64,000 nucleotides of DNA from Sphagnum compactum (lineage: Eukaryota), in NCBI GenBank assembly GCA_965153455.1, contig OZ234493.1, forward strand, positions 4,774,001 to 4,838,000, written 5' to 3'. A program made the translations under genes and the position numbers. Each line of letters starts with the position of its first letter. The first letter of the stretch is position 1. The notes under the pieces are model-generated. The model was not told the DNA's origin and did not search any database. It worked only from the letters and a program-made list of their open reading frames with translations. Positions 54,801 through 64,000 of the stretch are shown one piece after another.

Positions 54801-56264
54801 TTCATTATTTAATGCACATGCACTGTGCACATGTATTTACCTACTTATGGGCACATATTTTATTATTACACCTACTTAAGAATGGATCCAATAGGTTCAC
54901 AATTCACACACTAAGTCCCTAGTCCATACCTACCTAACATGGATTCAATGCGGTGCACACACAAGGTGCACATATGAGTTATTTAAAGAGTTGGAAGTAT
55001 AATGCTTAATTTGTTTCAAATGGGATTTAGAATTGAAGCACATGGATGGATTCAAATTTCACACATGCACAAAATGAAAATAGTTTATTTCTGCAATTTA
55101 GGTTATGAAGAACACACAATATTTTCATAATTTAATTATATTGATTGGTCTATTATCAACATTCAATATTTGAACTAATAGAGATATCCATAAAATAAGT
55201 ACAACATTAGTACCTAGAGTTAGTCATTAAGGGAAATTATATATATATATTCATTTGAATAAATTATTCTAAATGGCTTGTTTAATGATTATTTCAATAG
55301 ATAATATTATCATATGACATTTTAACTTGTATGTCTTATAAATCTTACTTACAAATCAATCAAAAGATAATATGCTTAAGAAAACCACTATATATAGATA
55401 TCCATATGTTTAATTATATATTCCAAATATACTTAATATGGGCACAAATATGTGCAACATCCACATTTGTTGAGAAGGATTTTGTAAACAATTTATGAAT
55501 AAAATACAAAGCCCGAATTGCAAATACATTTACAATGTCAAAACATATTTCACTTGTTTTGTATGCCATGAACTATTAACCAAGAAGAAAATCAGAACCA
55601 TATTTAAATTATTTTTCTAAGGTGCTACATAATGTGCATTTATTATCTTTCAAAAATACCCCCTTTCTATCTATTTAATGGTTGTATGGGTAAATTTAAA
55701 CTTACATAACATATTAATGAACATTTGGTACTAATGTAATAGCACATGTTGGTGGTCCATTACTCACATCTCACATTCAATTTGCATAATGGTAATTTTA
55801 ATTTAGATGTAAACATATTATTTACATAAATATTATGCACTCACTTTACCATCATTAACCATCATGTCATGAGCAAATGAATATATCTTCATCCATGTAA
55901 CATGTGAATAATATGATTGAATTTCCATAATTTTTTGTAATCTACATCGTTTATAAATGTTGGGTTCATGGATTTGGCTTGTAGTTTTATTTTAAAAGAT
56001 TAATCCCACCTTTCTTGACTGTATGTTAATGTTGTTCAATGGAAGGGGTGGATCATGACTTATCCAACAGGCTTTAGATAATCTAGAGATGACAAAAGAT
56101 GGTTTATGTACATATTGTAAAACACTTCTGTTGCAATGTTGGCACATTATTTAAATTGGTGAAGGAAATTTTAAGTAATTTAAATATATATGTCACATGG
56201 TATCATAATACATTTTTTTGTTAACGCATTAGACATACATAATTTATGATGGAAATCAATCTAA

Positions 56265-56727
56265 AGGTCACTTTAGACAAAGGTCCAAGGAGCATGGTCC
56301 AATGAAATTGAATATTTCTATTAGTCAAGAGTTTTAAATTGGTCCCAAGGCCTTCAGACAAGGGTCCACGAACAAGACAAATCAATTATGATTTAGTCTA
56401 CATGGCATCATTTTGGAAGGAACACCAATTGGTCCAAACCAAAAAAAACAGTTTAAAGGAGAGCTCATGGTTTGGAGAATCAAAATGTAAGTTAGAGTCC
56501 AAGGTTTCTTTTCCTCTTGTTGCTCAAAATTCTGTGAAAATAGAAGACAGATCTATGGATGAAGTACTTTGTTGAGAGCACACCAACTCTCTCATTTTTT
56601 ATTAATTCTAAAGTTAACATGGCTTTTTTGTGGATCCTCGCAAGGTGTTTGATAAAAAGAGTGCATTTTCAGGCTTGCCAAGTGCACAAAATGAAATTGA
56701 AAACAGAAAATTAAAAAACCCATGAAA

Positions 56728-56763
<36 letters not shown>

Positions 56764-56963
56764 AAAGGTTAACCTAATCCTCTCAGAGGTCAATCACACA
56801 TTTTTTATATTGAACCTCGAATTGGACCCCAAGCCTTTAGACACACTCATTATACCTTACAAATTATTTCTTTTAAATGTGAAAAAGGGTCCAATTCAAG
56901 ATTCAATTTGCTTAAAATTGGTCCCTGAGCTTTTGGTCTGTGGACCCTTGTCTAAAGTGACTT
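56265..56963. mobile_element. Tourist-like (PIF/Harbinger) MITE, 699 bp
   Basis: 23-bp TIRs AGGTCACTTTAGACAAAGGTCCA / TGGACCCTTGTCTAAAGTGACTT with 2 mismatches; TAA on both flanks; internal poly-A at about 56729-56761. Confidence 0.85.
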
Positions 56964-58542
56964 TAATATATTTGAATTAAGTTTCACATGGAACAACCTT
57001 CGCATTTTTTAACTAATAGATAATTACATGAAGTTCTAAGCAAAACAAAGAAGGAATCGCTTAGTAGTACTCTGGAAGTTTTTAATCCTGCTATAGACCC
57101 CAAAAAAAAGCGGAAAACAACTTTAGAAAACAAAAATTCGGAAAGGCTTTGACCAAAGGAAAAAAGAAAAGGAAAAGAGATGAGATTACAACAAGCGCAA
57201 TGAAGCTACAAGGAGAAAAAAATTCACACTGAAATTTCTTTAACTAACACACAAAGAAGAAAATGAACAAGGAAAAAAAACAGAAAAAAAAGAAGGCAAA
57301 GATCAACAATTAACAAGCAAAGCAAGACCACAAAAAGCCAAACAGAGAAGAGAGGGATAACAGGGTTTTTTCCCTTCAATTTTGTGATACTGAAAAATTG
57401 ATGTTTTTTTCCAGAATAGAAAAAATAGACAAATCTAAACTATAAAAACAAACATTTCCCTATTTTTTTGTTGAAAAAGGTCAAAAAACATGGTGGAAGA
57501 AAAAACACTGATGACCAAGCTATGAGGGGTATGAATTATTTTCTAAATATAAAGAACCACACTTTTGAAAGCTAGCATAATTTTTTAAAAGTTAATTAGA
57601 AAACAAATAAAAGACAAACTTTCACAAGCAAATCAACAAACAGAAACCAAACAAAGCATGAGAGGAAAAACAAAGAACAAGAAAAATAATAACAAATTTG
57701 CAAAAATAACAGCATCAATCGAACGGTGGAGGAGAGGTATAGCTAGCTGTAATTATTCTATTATGTATACTCTTTTTAATTTCCGTTCATAAAAATTACC
57801 TTTCTTGACCCAAACCAAGAAGGAAACCCAACATGGAGTCCATGGATCAGTTGGGGTTCATCCACAATAGACACCAAAAATTTCTTTGTTGACCTAAATC
57901 AAGAAGGAAACCCGGTGTATGCTACAGAATGGGCAAGTGGATGCGCATTAAGATGGATAATGTGTCCTTGGGGAGCCTGGTACAGTGAGAGGGGTGGCAC
58001 ACTTTGCATAATGGGCAGCTACAAGCCCATTCCATACGTAACATCTTTGGTAAATGATTGTGATGCACAATGAAATGGGGACAACATGAGAAGTACATGG
58101 GAAGAAGAGAACATCATGCGAATGTCATGTGAACAATGTGGGAACAACATGGGAATGTCATGTGAACAATGTGGGAACATTATGAGAATGTCATCAAAAC
58201 ATGTGAAATTTAATGGGAATCTGAACAAAACAAAATATGGGAAACTCTCTCTATGGTAATAAGTGTATGCTTCTAGTTTGGAACATTATATAACATAATG
58301 ATCTCCTACGCTAGGGAAGAGTATGAATTATTATCCATGTGACTGCATGTGGTAGGTTGAAGAGCACCAAAATTACCCAACCTACTACGGTTTGTAACAT
58401 GAACCTAACAACCGCTCGTGTTTGTGTACTTGGAAAGCGCCTTATGTGGCGCAACAACCCAGAGGCCTTTACGAAAACACAATTTTGCCTGCAGAGAGGT
58501 AGGCAATTACATTTTCATAAACCCTGTCATTGTTTTTTTTTC

Positions 58543-59460
58543 CAGTGATACCCAGCACGTACCTGTTGGGTATTATGAGATTTTTTTTAAAAATTTTTTA
58601 AAAAGGCACATGGTTTTTTACGTCATGTAACGCCCTTGGCCACAGGCATTACTGGAATGGGGGCCCACTTATGGAGCTCCGCCTCACATGGCCCTTATTC
58701 TGGTGATGCTGGTGGCATTAGACGCTACCCCACAGAGAAAAAAGTGACATAGGTAGTAATCATTCACCACAGATTTTAAATGGGCTCAGTTGGCTGGATT
58801 CATCCACAACAATAGAGACCCAATGAAGGGGGGGGGGGGGGGGGGGGGGGGGGGTGTTTGTTCCACTCAAGCCTTAGGCGTGTGTGGTACGTTGTTGAGT
58901 AGGCATCCAAAATCATGTGGCCGCGGGCCATTTATAACAAAGCCCAGATTACACACGCTTGGGCATGGAACACTAGGTAGTGTTTTCAGCTTTTCTGGGA
59001 GTTTTATTTTAATAATAAGTGGATGGATGTCCCACTGGCTGGCTGCTGGCCTGTTTGTTGCCTTTGCAGACACGGCTAATAAGGAGCATTTCTTGACATG
59101 CTCTTCTTGGTGATAAATATGGGGGCCCATTCTCCACATTCCACACACCGCGTTTGTGTGTGTGTGTGTGTGTGTGCAGAATTGCAAAGACTGAATGTGT
59201 GAGTGAGGGCATGCTGCTGCTTCTGCATATGGCTGGCTGCTGTTGTCGTCCCATTGGGTACCAACTTTTTAAATTTATTTTGGCAGATTAGAACGTGGAC
59301 AGGTGGAATTTTTTGTAAAAAAAAAAAGCCATTTTCCAGTATATCCTTAAGGACCAAAGCTTTTTACATGGTGTAAAAATCCCCCTTTTCTTCTTATAAA
59401 AAGAATGAATGTGTATGATAGTTGAAGGGTACCCAATGAATACCCTCTGGGTATCACATG
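58543..59460. mobile_element. Probable hAT-type non-autonomous element
   Basis: Inverted ends CAGTGATACCCAG..TTGGGTA / TACCCAA..CTGGGTATCACATG; contains a G27 run and (GT)n; no convincing TSD. Confidence 0.45.
58828..58854. repeat. G27 homopolymer
   Basis: Direct reading. Other simple repeats: C21 at 434-454, (TC)n at about 47214-47247, (GT)n at about 59155-59176. Confidence 0.9.
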
Positions 59461-60939
59461 AATTTTTGGTTTGGAAAAACACGATGACTACCTCCACAGG
59501 CATTAAGGTTTTCAAAATGTCCACTGGATACACTAGAGAAAAAAAAAACCTGCGAGTTTTTTTTACAGTGTTGAGAAAAAAGAGTTATAGTCTAGTGTAA
59601 GGCTAAGACAGAGCATGCAGGCTCTCCTTTTCTTCGATTGTTTTTTTAAATGGGGGAATATTCAACAGAATATGTTTTTGGAAAAAAATAATCACCTCGC
59701 CCCAGAAAGAAAAAAAAATGCTGCCTGCAGAGTGTATTTCTCTCTAGTCCCATACTTATTCAAGGCAGGGAAAGAGTTGAGCTTGCATCCTCCAGACTCC
59801 TCCCACGTATATGGGATAAAAGGAACAGGCCAAAACCCTACTTTACAGACCAGCATGATTCTTCTTCTGAGATTTTGCACCAACCCAGCCAGGACACCCC
59901 TCGCCTACAATGCACCTGCCTTCTAGACCACAGCCTCTAGCTCTCTCATTCACCTCCCTTTTTGTTTGATTCATTGTTTATTTGTTTGATGTGAGCAACC
60001 TGTGATGACAAGTTTTTTACATTTAGCTCATCTTCATAAACAACCAACCCATAAGAAGACTTTTAAAACTTCATTTTGAGGGGACCTTAGAATATCTCCC
60101 ACCCATACACACAGACACACACTCAATCAATCAGGACTTGTTAAGTCCAAAATGTAAATCAAATGTCGTCTCCCCCCTTTGCCCCACCTGTAAACAAGAA
60201 AAATTGAACAAGGTGAATTAAGTGAGAGATAATTTTAAATATCATGGCTTAATTGACCAATGGTTTAAGCTAGTTTGGCTCATCCTGTCAATTATCAACA
60301 ATGAACAACAATGATTTTTGCATTATTGCATTATGGAAGGGCCTTAAAACATATGCATGTTTCAAGCCCAAAACTATTTTTTTCCAATAAGTTCATTACA
60401 TTTGATTATTGTATTTCATCAAAAAAATTCAATTCAAAGCATTTAACAATTGTCGTCAGCGATGCTCGTCTTACCCTTAGTTAAATTATTACCTCAAATG
60501 AGGATGGCATCTTAAATGTAAAGTTCGTCAAAACATTTATAAAAAGTCACTTGTTTATAGAAGGAAAAAAATTCTGAGTTCTTTACACCGAGTAAGGACT
60601 TTGACCTGGGGGAGTGTTCTGAGAATTCGGGTCTTGTGTTTGGTTTTGGCCTTCAAGAGATCTCAAGTCAGAGAAAGGCCGTTCTTGTCCTTACTCTATA
60701 TGTTATTGCTTGCTGCCATTTCTTGGTTTTTCTTGGGGGGAAGAAAAGAGGGTCAGAAAGGGTATGACACCTCTACCAAATTTTACGGTCTTTTGTGTAA
60801 TTTACCATCTCACCTAATTCAAACTCTTTGGGATTTACAGAGCCATGGTGACCAGGGTGAACCAGCACCCCCATTGGTACCATGGGTAAAAATCCCATAA
60901 TCCATTTAAATTATTTCTGAATAGTACAAATATCCCATG

Positions 60940-61325
60940 CATGGACCACAGTGAAGCAGCACCCAGTGCACCATGACGGATGAATGGTAAGTGGTCAGGA
61001 AACAGTTTCCTGTTGGCTTCCAGTTCATTAGCTAACCATGGTGGTTAGCTCCAGTGCTTTTTTCCCTACCTACAAACAACCCACAGGCAGATTGTTATTA
61101 GATAAGTAGTAAAAACAGCCCTTACCTATGTATAAACCATCTACTGACTGAGAAGTTACATATTTCCTTAACTATCTACCTATGTATGAGACCTATTCCT
61201 TACAAAATGGGTTACCAAGGTGAAACCAAATATTAACTCAGGTGAGGTTCATCCACAACTGGGTAAAAACTGGCATCCAATGGATGACGGGCTGGCAGGT
61301 GGGTGCTGGTTCACTATGGCCCCAT
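60940..61325. mobile_element. MITE-like element, with an extra terminus copy at about 60845-60872
   Basis: ggaccacagtgaagcagcaccc is inverted relative to gggtgctggttcactatggccc. Confidence 0.55.
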
Positions 61326-64000
61326 GGATAGACAAAATCAAGGGAGGTCTTGGAGTTCAAATCCAACATTTTTTGAGGGCTTAAATATGGTCACGAAGAG
61401 GCCTCACTCAAAAAGGTGAAGGTACCAACATGGGTACCAACATGGTTCACCCAAGGCGTGCCTGGTTCAAAGAAAAGCTGTGTGTAAGTAGTAGGTATTA
61501 GCCTAGGGTATTCAAGTTCAAAGGGTTTTTACATGTGTGGCAAGGGAGGATACAGACAAGTGATTGTAAGAAGGTGTCAGGTGAGGACTCAGGAGGCTGT
61601 TTGTTTGTTTGTTTGTGTGGTTGTCCTTTCTGTTAGGGGAAGCTTGGCACTAGAATTCAGGCGGCGCCGCCCACTTCTGTTGTCATCTACCACTTAGGGA
61701 GGGGTAGTGCTTGTACAACTGGGTTTTCCAAAAACAAATATATATTAATTTTTAAAGAAAAATAGGCCAAGGCCAAGAAGGCCTATACCTTAAACCCTTT
61801 CTCGTAAATAGATGTACTGCGGTACTGAAGAAACAAAGGTATCAAAATCAAGATTTCTTAGAGCTGAGTCTGGATCCAGTTTCAAACCCCAAAACCATAA
61901 GATTTGTCAGTACAAATCTCACCAAGGGATGTGTCACACTGTGGCCTTGACATTTACATTTTAAAGTATTTTAATGCAAATGAAGAATTATGGAAACTCA
62001 AATATTTCACCATGCCAAAATATAATGTTCAAAACATCCTCTAGAAGGAAGCAAAATCTTTCAAGATATTTATAACTCTATAACTAGTCTCAAGTTTCAA
62101 CACAAGCCAAAATATCATCTTTCAAAAATCCTCGTATCAAAATAGACCTATTACCTACGGGCCAAAATCCCTTAAACTACTATACTCTATAATGAATCTA
62201 AACACAATATCCTTATCTCAGTAGGCAAACCCAACAAGGGAATGTCCCTGCAACCCACAATATCACCAAATTTTGTTTGTCCACACAAAGAGGAAGAATT
62301 CCCCTTGCTTGGTGTTAGTACCCATGGTACTAACTACTTGTCCATGCTGGGGTTCTCTTTCTGTGAATGGGTATGGAATAGCAAAAAGGCTATTACCATT
62401 GGCCATACTAGTGGTATGGAATATTTCTATGGCAAGGAATAAGAAGGGGGGGCTTTTTGAGAATATTCCTCCTAACTAAGGGTTGCTGGACCCAGCCTGA
62501 GCTTTTTTAGAATATTCTTCCTAACCAAGGGTCTTGGGATCCTTGGTTAAGAGGAATATTCTCAATAGGCATACGCTTCTTATCCCTTGTCATTACCCCA
62601 AGTTCTTTTCACCCTGGCCATGAAAAATATTCCTTAAGAATCAAATAGCCCAAACTTTTGAGAATATTTTCAAAAGCCCATGGTTCCTAGGTATGAAAAA
62701 TATTCTCAAAAGTTGGGTTATCTCACCTTTGATGATGGAATATTCTTATTACCATGGTCAATGGATAGGGATCTTTTAGAATATCTCAAAACATTGTCTA
62801 TAGCGAATGGGAATAGCCTTTTCATTGTTCCATAGATGGGTTACCAGGGTAGACAAGTTGGAGACCGAACACTTAGTATACTAAAAAGCTTAAAATCTTT
62901 GGAAATTCTGTCATTGCTTTTGAAGTTCAAAAACATATTGTAGACTATCACTTGATGTAGCCATAGCCATGAAGAATGATAAAAAAGGACAAGAAATGAA
63001 GAAGATACAAGGTCTTGAAGTCAAGATGATCAATGTCCAATTACTGACATGTTGAAACAATTTGTGAGTTGCAGTTTAGAATCTTTAGACATTGTTCCAC
63101 TACCTCTAGATTTCAAAGAATTTTTGCAAAACTCTAGTTGGCACATAGATTGCTCAAAATGACAAAAAATGAAAAGATATGGGGTTTAAAAGTTGGCAGA
63201 GTTTAACTTTCTTTTGCAAACAATTTGTGATTTGGATAGTTTGTCATGCCTTTTTTTCTTTTCTTTTGTAGATCCATTTCTTCTAGAGTTCAAAAAGGTA
63301 AGTTATAGACCCTTGTTTAGTAATCATAGCCATGAAAAACACTCAAAATGGATTAGAAATGAGTAAGATATGGTTGATGTTTGCCTATCAACCTATGCTC
63401 AATGGAAGGCATGTTTACCCTAGTAAATGGGTAGGAGAGAAAGTGGCAATGGGTTTACGGTGACCTAGATAAGAATGATATGTGATGGAGCCAACCTTTC
63501 CCTCTTCTTTATGGAGGTGCTTGGTTGGTGTGCATTGTTTTAATTAACATTTGGTATTTTCAAAAACAAACTTGCAAAATGTCAACAAAACTTGTTTTGA
63601 TGTGAAAATTTGATCCACTTATCAATAGACTCAAGCAATTAATTGCACGAACTTTGTTAGATCATGCAGTGTATTGTGAAGGTGGTTGAAATGAATGTGG
63701 ACCAATTATTGAAAAAACATTTGGTTATTAATAACCTAATGGACGATTTTTTAAAAAAAATCTATGTGAGCAACCTAATTACTTGGTAGGAAAAATATAA
63801 AGAAGTGGCAAGACCCTTATAGCTCAGTTATTGGATTTTTACATTGGATGTTTGAAGTTAAATTCATCTAAATACATTATCAATCTTGAAATCCTAAAAC
63901 TTTAATAACCTACATGAATCTTTCATTTAAATAGGTTATCAATCTTTAAATCCTATATCATAGTTGTGCATATTTCCATGTAATCCCACAACTTTGACAA

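Noticed and set aside
1-64000. tRNA, rRNA, MIR166 precursor, or prokaryotic/viral systems
   Set aside because: None recognised by eye; the only miR166-related match found is the target site. A covariance-model search would be needed to exclude small RNA genes.

Overview
AT-rich eukaryotic (land-plant) nuclear DNA. The protein and the repeat landscape look moss-like, possibly Sphagnum; that assignment is an inference. One protein-coding gene is supportable: an 18-exon class III HD-Zip (C3HDZ; homeodomain, leucine zipper, START, SAD, MEKHLA) on the minus strand, CDS 24350->17567. It was assembled by hand with GT-AG introns into an open 846-aa frame and has an intron-split miR165/166 site. The rest is transposon debris: a decayed CRE-like non-LTR retroelement, a decayed hAT transposase, a young solo LTR with TSD plus an older copy, a 3.8-kb non-autonomous CACTA with TSD, a decayed PIF/Harbinger, several hAT and Tourist MITEs, and dispersed short repeats. 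The most unusual signal is the exon-3 region of the C3HDZ gene. An apparently continuous coding block carries an in-frame TAA that doubles as a GTAAAT splice donor. This leaves two phase-compatible candidate exons (3a, 3b) only 34 nt apart, an architecture consistent with mutually exclusive splicing, a poison isoform, or incipient pseudogenisation. No RNA evidence was available, so all splicing calls are predictions.
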